Of a stretch of 41,709 nucleotides of DNA, positions 1 to 9,828 are shown one piece after another (positions within the stretch are counted from its first letter, which is position 1; each line of letters begins with the position of its first letter). Location of the stretch: contig JAAYHI010000023.1 in assembly GCA_012727415.1 (NCBI GenBank), forward strand, positions 1 to 41,709, given 5' to 3'. A program made the position numbers and the translations under genes. Below the pieces are notes generated by a model. It had not been told where the DNA came from and ran no database searches. It was given only the letters and a program-made list of their open reading frames with translations. Source of the DNA: Bacillota bacterium. GTDB lineage: Bacteria > Bacillota > Proteinivoracia > UBA4975.

Positions 1-287
1 ATGGAGGAGAAGGCTTCGGCAGCGGCACCGCCGACCCCTCACCCAGCAGCTATGTATATATACCCGGCCAGGGGGAAGTGATTTTATCCGGGGAAGGGGA
101 ACCGGGGGAATATACTTTGCGGGAATTGATTCCCAACAATCCCGGCCTGGTAGATGACTATACCGAATTTTTCAGCGGCTATCGGCGCCAGGCTTTGAGC
201 CGCCTCAACCGCAGCCCGATTCCGCGGCCGCTAGCAGACTTTGTGCGCAGTTATTTTGAAGCGATTGCGCCCCAAGGGGGTAAGTAA
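1..287 (+). CDS. C-terminal end of an unrecognised protein (partial; frame open to the left window edge)
   Basis: Frame 3 has no stop from nt 3 to TAA 285-287, so the listed GTG-78 ORF is only its tail. The stop abuts ATG-288 of the MoxR gene, suggesting the same operon. No family motif recognised. Confidence 0.4.
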   Translation, partial: GGEGFGSGTADPSPSSYVYIPGQGEVILSGEGEPGEYTLRELIPNNPGLVDDYTEFFSGYRRQALSRLNRSPIPRPLADFVRSYFEAIAPQGGK

Positions 288-1247
288 ATGAATCTGGAGC
301 TAATAGAAAAACTCAGTGGTGTAAAAGAAGAAATCGGACGGGCCATGGTGGGCCAGAAGGAGGTCATTGACCTTACTCTCACCGCATTACTGGCGGGAGG
401 CCACGTGCTCCTGGAAGGGGTGCCCGGGCTGGGGAAAACCCTGCTTGCCCGCACCCTGGCCAGAGTGCTGGACATATCTTATAACCGCATTCAGTTTACT
501 CCCGACCTGATGCCTTCGGATATAACCGGCACCAACCTCATCTTGACAGGAAGGGATGATTTCCAGTTCAGGCCCGGCCCCATTTTTGCCAGTCTGGTAT
601 TGGCGGACGAGATCAACCGGGCGACGCCAAAAACCCAAAGTGCTCTCCTGGAGAGCATGCAGGAGGGCAAGGTCACAGTCTTTGGGGAGACCCGGGACCT
701 GCCCCGGCCCTTTTTCGTCATCGCCACCCAAAACCCGCTGGAGATGGAAGGAACCTACCCTCTGCCCGAGGCCCAGTTGGACCGCTTCCTCTTTAAAGTG
801 CTGGTGCCCTATCCCAGCCTTGAGGAGCTGCGGGAAATCGTCAATCTTACCACCGGCACAGCGCAGGCAGAACTGGAGCCGGTGATGACGGGTGCTGAGA
901 TCCTGGAGGTCAACCGCCTGGCCCGGGAGGTGCCAGTGGCAGACAAGGTGCTGGAATATGCTCTGAAGATTCTGGTGAGCACCCATCCCGAGAGTCCTTC
1001 GGCGACCCCCATGGTCAAGGAATACGTCCAGGTGGGGGCAAGCCCCAGGGGCATTCAAAGCATCATCCTGGCCGCCCGGGTGACGGCCCTGCTGGAGGGC
1101 CGCTTTAACGTCAGCTTTGCCGACGTAGAAAAGGTCTGTGTGCCCGCCTTGCGCCACCGCCTGTTTTTGAACTTCGAGGCCCTGGGGGGCGGCATCAACC
1201 CCGATGCCATCATTGCTGAAATCCTTGACGCCACCGAAAGGGGATAG
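288..1247 (+). CDS. MoxR-family AAA+ ATPase
   Basis: 319 aa. Walker A 'LLEGVPGLGKT', Walker B region 'LVLADEINRATPKTQSALLESMQE' and 'FFVIATQNPLEMEGTYPLPEAQLDRF' form the canonical MoxR (AAA_3) signature. Confidence 0.93.
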   Translation: MNLELIEKLSGVKEEIGRAMVGQKEVIDLTLTALLAGGHVLLEGVPGLGKTLLARTLARVLDISYNRIQFTPDLMPSDITGTNLILTGRDDFQFRPGPIFASLVLADEINRATPKTQSALLESMQEGKVTVFGETRDLPRPFFVIATQNPLEMEGTYPLPEAQLDRFLFKVLVPYPSLEELREIVNLTTGTAQAELEPVMTGAEILEVNRLAREVPVADKVLEYALKILVSTHPESPSATPMVKEYVQVGASPRGIQSIILAARVTALLEGRFNVSFADVEKVCVPALRHRLFLNFEALGGGINPDAIIAEILDATERG

Positions 1248-1251
1248 ACCC

Positions 1252-2118
1252 ATGGCCCCTTTTGATCTCAACCTTGCCCGGCTGGATCGGCTGATGCTGA
1301 GGCATAAAGGCGGGTTGACGGGGACCAGCAGCGGCAAGCGCCTGTCCAATAAATTTGGCACTTCCCTGGAATTTGCCGACTACCGGCCCTACCTGCCGGG
1401 AGATGACATCCGCCGCATCGACTGGGCCCTGTATGGCCGCAGCCGTCGCCTGTATACCCGCCTCAACCGCAGCGAGCTGGATGCCACCGTCAACATAGTC
1501 ATCGACGGCAGTGCCTCAATGGCTTGGGGAGAGTGGTCCAAGGGGAGGCGCTCCCTGGCCCTGGCCTTTGCCCTGGGGTATATCAGCATCCGCTCCTATG
1601 ACCGGGTGGCTTTGGCAATGGGGACTAAGGATGTCGGCAGTTTCCTGCCCCCCGTCCATGGCAGGGCCGCCCTGCCCCGCATTGCCGGCTTTCTTGAGAG
1701 GCAGGAGTATGGACATGCAGGCAATGTCAGTTCCCTGCTTCTTTCCCTGAAGAAAATGCTGCGCCCCCATCAGTTTACCGTCGTGATTTCTGATTTCCTC
1801 AGCGACTGGCGCCAGGGTTTGGAGAGCTTGGTCTCTGCCCGCCAACAGGTGCTGGTCTTCCAGGTCATCAGCCCCGACGAGGCTGAGCCCCAGTGGCGCG
1901 GCCCCCTCACCCTGGTGGATTCGGAAACAGGGGGCAGGAAGGATGTGGAGCTGGACCAGTTTACCCTGGCGGCTTACAAGCAAGCGGGGGAAGAACATCG
2001 CCGGGAGATTCGGGACTATTGCCGTTCCCTAGGCATCAGTTCCTTTGTGTACAATGTGGGCACCGACCCGGTGGACTTTCTGGTGGAAATTGCCCCTGCT
2101 ATTCTGAGGACAACTTAA
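1252..2118 (+). CDS. DUF58 family protein (vWA-like MoxR partner)
   Basis: DUF58 signature 'FADYRPYLPGDDIRRIDWALYGRSRRLYTR' followed by 'NIVIDGSASM'. ATG-1252, 4 nt after the MoxR stop, is preferred to the overlapping ORF-track start at 1204. Confidence 0.85.
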   Translation: MAPFDLNLARLDRLMLRHKGGLTGTSSGKRLSNKFGTSLEFADYRPYLPGDDIRRIDWALYGRSRRLYTRLNRSELDATVNIVIDGSASMAWGEWSKGRRSLALAFALGYISIRSYDRVALAMGTKDVGSFLPPVHGRAALPRIAGFLERQEYGHAGNVSSLLLSLKKMLRPHQFTVVISDFLSDWRQGLESLVSARQQVLVFQVISPDEAEPQWRGPLTLVDSETGGRKDVELDQFTLAAYKQAGEEHRREIRDYCRSLGISSFVYNVGTDPVDFLVEIAPAILRTT

Positions 2119-2137
2119 AGGGTTAGGAGGGTAATCT

Positions 2138-3874
2138 ATGGAGCTGCTGACGCCTTTGGCTTTATTGACAGGCCTGGTCATACCGGCAATCATCATTCTC
2201 TATATGCTGAAAAAGCGCACCCGCCCCCAGACGGTGTCCAGCATTATGCTGTGGCAGCGCCTGGAACGGGTAAATCGCCCTGCTTTGCGCCTGTCGAAGC
2301 TGCTACGCAGCCTGCTTCTGGCTCTGCAGCTGCTGACGGCCCTGCTGCTGGTGCTGGCCCTGGCCCGGCCCGTCCTCAACATCTTTGCCGGTTCGGGGGA
2401 GACCAGCATTGTCATCATCGACACCTCAATCTCCATGGGGGTAAAAGACGGAGACACGCGTCTGGAACAGGCCGTTGAGCGGGTGCGGTCGCGAATCCGA
2501 GGCAAGGCCCCTGGCGACAAAGTCGCCCTCATTGCCATGGGGGAGGAAGCGGTGGTCCTCAGCGGCTTCAGCACCGACAGCGCTGCCCTTTTAGCTGCCC
2601 TGGCCCAGGTGGGGATAACTTCAGCCCGGGCCAATCCCAACGCTGCTCTGGCCCTGGCGGCCAACATGGCTGCTGCTGAGGACGGCGCGACAATCATCCT
2701 TTACAGTGCAGGCTGTTTTGGGCCGCTGGCACGGCTGCCGGAAGGAGGTTTCGATTTTATCGCCCTGGGCAGCGGGGAAGTTGAGAATCTATTAATCGAA
2801 GATGCTGTCTCCGACGGAGACAGGTTATATGTAACTGTGTTCAATAACGGCACTGTTGCCGCTGCTGCCAGTATTGAAATTCGGGATGCCCAGGGGCAGT
2901 TGACGGGAAGGCGGGAAGTTAAGCTGGATCCTCAACAGCGCCAGGTGCTGGTATGGCGAAACCTGCCTCAGTCCCCCTGGATTTCTGCGGCGGTAGTCAG
3001 TGCAGGGGACCAGCTGGAGCTGGATAACATCCACTATTCCCTGCTGGACCAGGATGCTGCAGGGAAACTCCTGCTGGTCAGCGAAGGAAATTTGTTTCTG
3101 GAGCGGGCCTTAGTTTTATACCCCGACATTTCTGTCAGCAGGGTTGCCCCGGCAAGCTATAAAGCCGCCATGGCCGGGATGTATGACTACTTTGTCTTTG
3201 ACGGCTTTTTGCCCTCGGAGTTGCCGGCGGCACCGACACTGGTTTTCGATCCCCCCCATCCCAATCCCCACTTTGGCACGGGGGCGGCTGTGAAAATTCA
3301 AGCTTACCGGCCCCTTTCCCATCCCCTTCTCGCCCATGCGGATTTTTCTGATGTCAGCATCGGTTTTGGCAAGGCAATTGTCGGCGGCAGCGGCCTGTTG
3401 GAATTTGAAGGGGGCTTGTTGGCAACTGCTATGGAGAGGCAGGGCCTGCCTCTGGTGGTCTTTGGCTTTGCCCTGCAGGCAGGGGATTTGCCCCTGCGCC
3501 CTGCATTTCCAATCCTCTTGCGCAATGTCCTCGACAGTTTCACCGGCAGTCGTCAGCCTTCCACCCTTCTGAGATACGGCGACCTGGTGCCGGCAGGGGA
3601 AATGGCAGTGCTGTCCTTTGGCGGCGACCCCCTGCCCCAGGGGCACAGGCTGGGGGCAGGGGCCTATATCCTTGTCACAGGTGAAACTCAAGAGCTCATC
3701 CTCCTCAATCCTCCTGTCACTACTGACAGCGTGGCGACTCGGGACATCCTGGAGTCCCCCGGGGGCCAGGTCAAGGGGAAGGGGGAACGGGGCATGCCGC
3801 TGTTATGGCCCTTGATTTTATCGGCCCTGCTTCTGGTGGGCATAGAATGGTGGGTGGATAACTATGGGGGTTAG
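2138..3874 (+). CDS. BatA-like membrane protein with vWA domain (aerotolerance-regulator N-terminal domain type)
   Basis: N-terminus 'LTPLALLTGLVIPAIIILYMLKKRTRPQTVSSIMLWQ' is the typical BatA N-terminal TM motif. It also has the MIDAS-like 'SIVIIDTSISMG' and a C-terminal TM helix. RBS GGAGGG lies upstream of ATG-2138. Confidence 0.8.
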   Translation: MELLTPLALLTGLVIPAIIILYMLKKRTRPQTVSSIMLWQRLERVNRPALRLSKLLRSLLLALQLLTALLLVLALARPVLNIFAGSGETSIVIIDTSISMGVKDGDTRLEQAVERVRSRIRGKAPGDKVALIAMGEEAVVLSGFSTDSAALLAALAQVGITSARANPNAALALAANMAAAEDGATIILYSAGCFGPLARLPEGGFDFIALGSGEVENLLIEDAVSDGDRLYVTVFNNGTVAAAASIEIRDAQGQLTGRREVKLDPQQRQVLVWRNLPQSPWISAAVVSAGDQLELDNIHYSLLDQDAAGKLLLVSEGNLFLERALVLYPDISVSRVAPASYKAAMAGMYDYFVFDGFLPSELPAAPTLVFDPPHPNPHFGTGAAVKIQAYRPLSHPLLAHADFSDVSIGFGKAIVGGSGLLEFEGGLLATAMERQGLPLVVFGFALQAGDLPLRPAFPILLRNVLDSFTGSRQPSTLLRYGDLVPAGEMAVLSFGGDPLPQGHRLGAGAYILVTGETQELILLNPPVTTDSVATRDILESPGGQVKGKGERGMPLLWPLILSALLLVGIEWWVDNYGG

Positions 3875-6473
3875 CCTTGGTCGGCCTTGGTTCTTATTGC
3901 TATTAATTCCCGGGGCCTTGCTGCTGCTGGTGCGGCAAGGCAAACAGCGCTATCCCCAGCACTCCCGCTGGCTTATCCTTGCCCTGCGGGGGCTGATTAT
4001 CCTCCTGCTGGTGCTGGCTCTGGCCCAGCCCCACCTGGTGGTCAAGGTCAAGGGCCGCACCGTAGTCTACCTCCTGGATCAATCCCGCTCCGTTGAGGAG
4101 GATTACAGCAGTTGGATTGGCGAAAGCCTCAGGGCCAAGGATTCCCGGGATCGGGGGGCAGTGATGGGCTTTGGCCGGGATACCAGCTTGCTTAAGCCCT
4201 TTTCCATGGAGCAACTGCCGGCCCTGGCTTCGGCGGTGGACGAGGAATTCACCGATATCGCAAAGGCTCTGGAATCGGCTTACAGTCTGCTGCCGGGAAG
4301 CGGCGGTCGCCTTGTGCTCATCAGCGATGGCCTCGAGAATACCGGCGATGCCTTGAGGGCAGGAGAGATGCTGGCTGCTGCCGGCATCCCGGTGGATGTG
4401 GTGGCCATCCCTGCCAATGCCAAGGAAGATGTGGCGGTAAGCAATATTCTCTTGCCCAAGAACACCTGGCCCGGCCAACAGGTGGTGGCTGAGGTCACTG
4501 TGGAGTCCACTGTGACCACCAAGGCCCGGCTGACAGTGTTTATGCAGGGTGATATTGCCTGGCAGCAGCAGGTGGAAATATCACCGGGAGTGCAGGCATT
4601 TTCTGTGCCCCTGGTTGTTGGCGGACAGGGCTTGCAGCGGGTGCGGGCCACCATCGACCCGGAAAGGGATGGCGAGGTTCGCAATAACAGCATCGACGGT
4701 CTCACCTTTGTCCAGGCTCCCCCGAAGGTGCTCATTGTCGAAGGGGCGGCAGGGAAGGGAGCCGCCCTGGCAGCAGTTTTTGAGGAGGCAGGTCTGGAGA
4801 CTGCTGTCACTGGCCTTGCCGCTGCCAATTTGACTCCGGTGGCTTTGGCAGGGTACCGGGGCGTCGTCCTGGTAGACGTTCCCGCCTATAAACTGGATGC
4901 TGCGAGATTAGGCGCTCTGGAAACCTTTGTCCGCGTCCTGGGAGGAGGCCTGGTGGCAGTAGGGGGCAGGTCTTCCTTTGGCCCCGGCCTCTATGAAGGC
5001 ACTTTGCTGGAAGACATGTTGCCGGTAAAGATGACGGTTGAAGACAAGGAAGAGCTGCCGGGTATGGATATGGTGCTGGTCATAGACCGCTCCAGCAGCA
5101 TGGGCGGTGAAAAGATCAACATGGCGAAGAATGCAGCCATTCAAGCCCTGGAGCTGTTGAAAGAAGATGACCGCCTGGGAGTGGTTACCTTTGACATGGC
5201 TCCCAGAACAGAATTGCAGCTTACTTCCCTGAAAAACAAAGATGCAATAATTGATATCATTGCCGCCATCGGCAGCGGCGGCGGCACCTCCATCTACCCT
5301 GGCCTGGCCCAGGCGGTGTCACTGTTCGAAGAGGGGGAAAAGGTCAAGCATATAATCCTCCTCAGCGACGGCCAGGACGGTTCCGCCATGTCGGACTACG
5401 AGGCTTTGCTCAATAATGCCGCTGACATGAGAATCTCCATATCTACCATTGCCTTGGGAGAAGGGGCGGACTTAGGTTTGATGCAAACCCTGGCGGCTAA
5501 GGGCAATGGCCGCAGCTATTATGCAAAGCACGGCCAGGATCTGCCGGCGGTGTTTTTGCAGGAGACGGCCCTGGCCGGCGGGGATTGGCTGGTGGAAGAA
5601 GACTTTATTCCCAGTCTCCTTCATCCCGATGCCCTGGCCCTGGCGGGCAATACTCCCCAGTTTCACGGCTATGTGGCCTCTACAGCCAAGCCCTTGGCAG
5701 AAGTGCTGATGTCCACCCACAGGGACCATCCCCTGCTGTCCCGCTGGCAGTATGGCCTCGGCCGCACCGCAGCCTTTACCAGTGACACCTTTGGTATGTG
5801 GAGCAGAGAATTCCTCTCCCACCCCGGCTTTGCCAGCCTGTGGCTGGACATCATCAACTGGACGGTTCCCACGGGGTCAGAGGCGGATATAGCCCTGGAG
5901 TCGCGGCTGGAAGGGGCAGGGGTGGAAATATCTGCCCTCCTCGGTGCTCCCCTGGAAGAAGGAGAGACGTTGACAGCCACCCTGGTGGATAATGAGGGCA
6001 AGACTGAGACCCTGGAACTGTTGCCCACCGGAGGGGGGCGCTATGGGGCCAGCCTGGAGCAAATTGCCCAGGGGGTCTACCTCATTGCTGTCACCCGCTT
6101 TAATGAGGGCAAGGTGGTAAGCCATGTCCAGGGGGGCTTTGCCGTGCCCTATCCCGCCGAATACAGCATTCAAAATTATTCAGGGCAAGAGCTGTTGACG
6201 GCCCTGGCGGCGAAAACCGGCGGCAGGGTGCTGAAGGACCCGGCAGAGGTCTTTGCCGCTAATAAGGCGCCCAGCCGCAGGCTTACAGATATCACCTGGT
6301 GGCTGTTGCTGGCTGCCGTCCTGGCCTGGCCTGCAGATATTGCTCTGCGCCGGCTGGGAGGTTTGCCGGGACCCAGGGCAAAAAAAGAAGCTCCCAGGCC
6401 AAAGCCTCCCAAAGAAGAGCCAGCAGATGAGACTATGGAACGCCTGCTGGCGGCTAAACGCCGTCGGCGCTGA
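3864..6473 (+). CDS. Large membrane-anchored protein with two vWA domains (Bat-type)
   Basis: 869 aa with an N-terminal TM hairpin. Two DxSxS MIDAS motifs ('VYLLDQSRSV', 'VLVIDRSSSMGGEK') each have a downstream 'ISDG'/'LSDGQDG'. There is a C-terminal TM helix and a Lys/Arg/Pro-rich tail. It overlaps the previous gene by 11 nt. Confidence 0.8.
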   Translation: MGVSLGRPWFLLLLIPGALLLLVRQGKQRYPQHSRWLILALRGLIILLLVLALAQPHLVVKVKGRTVVYLLDQSRSVEEDYSSWIGESLRAKDSRDRGAVMGFGRDTSLLKPFSMEQLPALASAVDEEFTDIAKALESAYSLLPGSGGRLVLISDGLENTGDALRAGEMLAAAGIPVDVVAIPANAKEDVAVSNILLPKNTWPGQQVVAEVTVESTVTTKARLTVFMQGDIAWQQQVEISPGVQAFSVPLVVGGQGLQRVRATIDPERDGEVRNNSIDGLTFVQAPPKVLIVEGAAGKGAALAAVFEEAGLETAVTGLAAANLTPVALAGYRGVVLVDVPAYKLDAARLGALETFVRVLGGGLVAVGGRSSFGPGLYEGTLLEDMLPVKMTVEDKEELPGMDMVLVIDRSSSMGGEKINMAKNAAIQALELLKEDDRLGVVTFDMAPRTELQLTSLKNKDAIIDIIAAIGSGGGTSIYPGLAQAVSLFEEGEKVKHIILLSDGQDGSAMSDYEALLNNAADMRISISTIALGEGADLGLMQTLAAKGNGRSYYAKHGQDLPAVFLQETALAGGDWLVEEDFIPSLLHPDALALAGNTPQFHGYVASTAKPLAEVLMSTHRDHPLLSRWQYGLGRTAAFTSDTFGMWSREFLSHPGFASLWLDIINWTVPTGSEADIALESRLEGAGVEISALLGAPLEEGETLTATLVDNEGKTETLELLPTGGGRYGASLEQIAQGVYLIAVTRFNEGKVVSHVQGGFAVPYPAEYSIQNYSGQELLTALAAKTGGRVLKDPAEVFAANKAPSRRLTDITWWLLLAAVLAWPADIALRRLGGLPGPRAKKEAPRPKPPKEEPADETMERLLAAKRRRR

Positions 6474-6486
6474 CGGGGACGTCCCC

Positions 6487-6515
6487 TCGACTTATATATA
6501 ACAATTAGCTATAAT
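6487..6515 (+). promoter_or_regulatory. Putative sigma-A promoter of the sel operon (TCGACT-17-TATAAT)
   Basis: -35 TCGACT at 6487-6492, a 17-nt spacer and a perfect -10 TATAAT at 6510-6515, in the only AT-rich gap upstream of selA. Confidence 0.4.
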
Positions 6516-6554
6516 TATCTTAAGCTAATATTTTGCTGTTGGAGGGGATTGCCC

Positions 6555-7940
6555 ATGAAGGAACTGTTGAGCCGCTTGCCTAAAGTGGGAAAACTGTTGG
6601 ACAGCCCGGAGTGGAAAGGTGTACAGTCCCGCTGCAGCCGGGAGCAGGTCAAGGCCGCCCTGGAAGCGGAACTGGATATTGCCCGGCAGGCAATCAGGGC
6701 CGGTGTTCGCCAGGCCCCCAGCGGGGAGGAGCTGCTTCTCCGGGTGGAGGCCCGTCTGGGACGGCTGTTGCAGGCAGGTCCCCGGAGGGTGCTCAACGGA
6801 ACAGGGGTAATAATTCACACCAATCTCGGCCGCTCTCCCCTGGCCCGGGAAGCGGCGGCGGCTGCAGCGGAGGCTGCAGGCTATTGCAATCTGGAGATGG
6901 ACATGGATTCAGGGGAGCGGGGTTCCCGCCATGCCCATGTGGAGCAACTTCTCTGTCGCCTCACCGGCGCAGAAGCTGCCATGGTTGTGAATAATAACGC
7001 CGCTGCCGTCATGTTGGCTCTTGGCGGCGTCGCCCGGGGTCGGGAGGGCATCATTTCCCGGGGACAGCTGGTGGAAATTGGCGGTTCCTTCCGGGTGCCG
7101 GAAGTGATGGCGCAAAGCGGCATCCGCCTGGTGGAGGTGGGCACCACCAACAAGACGTACATAGAAGACTACAGACAGGCAATTGGCCCGGATACCGGCG
7201 TTATTCTCAGGGTTCACCCTTCAAATTTTCGGGTAGTTGGCTTTCAGCAGGAGGTGACCCTGGCAGAGCTGGTGGCCCTTGGCCGGGAGTACAACCTGCC
7301 CGTCCTTGACGACCTGGGCAGCGGCAGCCTCGTTGATCTCCGTCCCTGGGGCATTGAGGAACCAACAGTCCAGGAAAGTGTGGCCGCCGGGGCCGACCTG
7401 GTCTGTTTCAGCGGCGACAAAATGCTGGGGGGACCCCAGTGCGGCATTATCTGCGGCAAGAAGCACTGGCTTGCCCGCCTGAAGACCCATCCCCTGGCCC
7501 GGGCCCTGCGCTGTGACAAAATTGCCCTCGCCGCTCTGGCTGCCACCTTGGCTTTATATATGCAGCCTGAAGGCTGGCGGCACATTCCCGTCCTGGCCAT
7601 GCTCACCGAGGACATGGCAGCAGTGGAGGAAAGGGCACAACAGCTGGCGGGACAGATCAGGAGCCTGCCAGCCCAGGCGGAGGTTGTCGCGGATACCAGC
7701 CCTGTGGGCGGCGGCGCCCTGCCCCTGCACCAGCTGGAGACCCGGGCGGTGCGGGTGCAGCCTGAGGGGCTTCCTGCGCAAGCTGCGGCCCGGGCCTTGC
7801 GCTTGGGCAGCCCTCCCTTGGTTGTCCGGATCCATGAGGATGCTCTCCTCATAGATGTGCGCACTTTGCGGGGCGAGGAAATTGCCTTGGCAGCCAAGGC
7901 CCTTGCCCAGGTTCTTGGCGGTGAAGCAAATGGACAATAA
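6555..7940 (+). CDS. selA: L-seryl-tRNA(Sec) selenium transferase
   Basis: 'VINGTGVIIHTNLGRSPL', 'NNNAAAVMLAL' and the PLP-lysine motif 'FSGDKMLGGPQCG' match SelA. ATG-6555 fits the GGAGGGG RBS at 6541-6547 better than TTG-6549. Confidence 0.92.
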   Translation: MKELLSRLPKVGKLLDSPEWKGVQSRCSREQVKAALEAELDIARQAIRAGVRQAPSGEELLLRVEARLGRLLQAGPRRVLNGTGVIIHTNLGRSPLAREAAAAAAEAAGYCNLEMDMDSGERGSRHAHVEQLLCRLTGAEAAMVVNNNAAAVMLALGGVARGREGIISRGQLVEIGGSFRVPEVMAQSGIRLVEVGTTNKTYIEDYRQAIGPDTGVILRVHPSNFRVVGFQQEVTLAELVALGREYNLPVLDDLGSGSLVDLRPWGIEEPTVQESVAAGADLVCFSGDKMLGGPQCGIICGKKHWLARLKTHPLARALRCDKIALAALAATLALYMQPEGWRHIPVLAMLTEDMAAVEERAQQLAGQIRSLPAQAEVVADTSPVGGGALPLHQLETRAVRVQPEGLPAQAAARALRLGSPPLVVRIHEDALLIDVRTLRGEEIALAAKALAQVLGGEANGQ

Positions 7941-9828
7941 CTTAATTATAGGCACTGCCGGCCATGTAGACCATGGCAAGTCTGCCCTCATCCGGGCGCT
8001 GACGGGCATTGAGACTGACCGCCTGCAGCAGGAAAAGCAGCGGGGGATTACAATAGAGCTGGGGTTCGCCTGGTTTGACCTTCCCGACGGGAGGCGGGCA
8101 GGGATTATCGATGTACCCGGCCACGAGCGCTTTGTGAAGAATATGCTGGCGGGGGCCGCCGGCATTGATGTGGTTTTACTGGTGGTGGCTGCCGATGAGG
8201 GAGTCATGCCCCAGACCATGGAACACCTGGCGATACTGCAATTGCTGGGGGTGCAAAGGGGCATTGTCGTCATCACTAAAATCGACCTGGTGGATGACGA
8301 GATGCTGGAGTTGGCAGAGATGACCATTGATGAGGCCCTTGAGGGGACCTTTCTCCAGGATGCTCCCCGGGTGCGGGTTTCGGCAGTCAGCGGCGAAGGT
8401 TTGGAAGAGTTGCGGCAGGTGCTGGCCGACATCGTCACCGCCGCACCTTCCCGGCCGCGGCGGAGCTTTTCCCGCCTGCCTGTAGACAGGGTCTTTGTCC
8501 TCAAGGGTTTTGGCACAGTAATTACCGGCACATTGCTGGACGGCAGCATTAAGGAAGGGGACCAGGTGCTGCTGATGCCTGGGGAAATCAGCGCCCGGGT
8601 CAGGCAGTTGCAGATTCATGGCAACCACGTCCCTGAAGCCCATCCCGGCCAGAGGGTGGCGGTAAATCTGGCGGGAGTTGAGCGCCAGGGAATTCACCGG
8701 GGACAAGTTCTCTTTAAGGGGGAAGGCCTTGAGCCGGTGGACAAAGTCGCCGGCCGCTTCTATCTCCTGCCCTCGGCCCCTGTTCTCACAAGCAATACTC
8801 GCATTCGCTTTCACTGCGGTTCCAGCGAGACCATAGGCCGCGCTGTAATCCTGGGTGCCGACCAGGTGGAGCCGGGCAAAGACGCCCTGGTGCAGTTTCG
8901 CCTGGAAGAACCAGTGGTGGCGGTGCGGGGGGATCGCTATGTCATTCGCTCCTGGTCACCGGTCACTACCATCGGCGGCGGCGAAATTATTGAGACCGGC
9001 CGTCAGCGGCTCAGCCGCCACAAGCGCGAAGTGGTGGATAATTTACTGCTGCGGGAAGAGGGGGATCCCCCTGCCCTGGTGTTATCTTACCTGGATGAGG
9101 CCGTCCGGCCCTTATCCCGGCGGCAACTGCTCCTCAAGGCCCAATTGGCTCCTGAGGAACTTGAACAGGCTTTAAAGGAGCTGGGGGGCACCGTCATTAC
9201 TTTTCAGGCCGATGGTGAAGAATGGCTTTTCAGCAAAGGGGAACAGCTGCTGGCTCAACTGAGGGATTTGTTGGCCAAGTGGCATCAGGATAACCCCCTG
9301 CGCCAGGGGATGCCCCGGGAGGAGGTGCGGACCCGGTTGTTGCCCAATGTCGGCAGCCGCGGTTTTGCCTCTTTGCTGGAAAAGCTGTTGCCGGGGTCGG
9401 GGATTAAGGAGCAGGACAGGGAGCTGGCCCTGGAAACCCATGAAGTATCTTTGTCGCCGGAACAGCTTGCCCTCCAGGAAAAGCTGCTCCAGGTTCTGCG
9501 GGAAAATCTCTTTTCTCCGCCTCAGGGGGAGGAGTTGGAGGCCTTGGGTCCCGTGGCGCCCTTGCTCAAACTCCTGGCCCAGCAGGGCAGCATTGTCATT
9601 GCGGGAGGGATGGTCTTTGCCCGGGAAGCCATCGAGGCCGGGGGAGCCTTCCTGCGCAAGCATTTTGAGCAGGAACCCCAGCTGACCTTAGCGCAATTTC
9701 GGGACTTCATCGGCAGCAGCCGCAAATACGCCTTGCCCTTGCTGGAATACTTCGACGGTGCCGGCTTTACACGGCGGCGGGGAGATGTGCGCATCGCCGG
9801 CCCGAATTTAAGGGGTGTGGAGCTATGA
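7930..9828 (+). CDS. selB: Selenocysteine-specific translation elongation factor
   Basis: GTPase motifs 'GTAGHVDHGKSALIRALTG', 'DVPGHERF' and 'ITKIDL', followed by a long C-terminal winged-helix extension typical of SelB. ATG-7930 overlaps the selA stop by 11 nt. Confidence 0.92.
   Translation: MDNNLIIGTAGHVDHGKSALIRALTGIETDRLQQEKQRGITIELGFAWFDLPDGRRAGIIDVPGHERFVKNMLAGAAGIDVVLLVVAADEGVMPQTMEHLAILQLLGVQRGIVVITKIDLVDDEMLELAEMTIDEALEGTFLQDAPRVRVSAVSGEGLEELRQVLADIVTAAPSRPRRSFSRLPVDRVFVLKGFGTVITGTLLDGSIKEGDQVLLMPGEISARVRQLQIHGNHVPEAHPGQRVAVNLAGVERQGIHRGQVLFKGEGLEPVDKVAGRFYLLPSAPVLTSNTRIRFHCGSSETIGRAVILGADQVEPGKDALVQFRLEEPVVAVRGDRYVIRSWSPVTTIGGGEIIETGRQRLSRHKREVVDNLLLREEGDPPALVLSYLDEAVRPLSRRQLLLKAQLAPEELEQALKELGGTVITFQADGEEWLFSKGEQLLAQLRDLLAKWHQDNPLRQGMPREEVRTRLLPNVGSRGFASLLEKLLPGSGIKEQDRELALETHEVSLSPEQLALQEKLLQVLRENLFSPPQGEELEALGPVAPLLKLLAQQGSIVIAGGMVFAREAIEAGGAFLRKHFEQEPQLTLAQFRDFIGSSRKYALPLLEYFDGAGFTRRRGDVRIAGPNLRGVEL

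Noticed and set aside
387-1361. Long antisense ORFs opposite well-supported genes. Examples are 387-1361(-), 7554-8549(-), 18173-19093(-), 19087-20163(-), 30191-31054(-), 33721-34527(-) and 38895-39695(-).
   Set aside because: They mirror strongly recognisable genes in GC-rich DNA, where stop codons are rare on the opposite strand. Their translations are Arg/Pro/Gly/Ala-rich, low in complexity and carry no family motifs.
6474-6485. Palindrome GGGGACGTCCCC just after the vWA gene stop, considered as a terminator.
   Set aside because: The palindrome has no loop, which leaves at most a 4-bp stem, and no T-tract follows.
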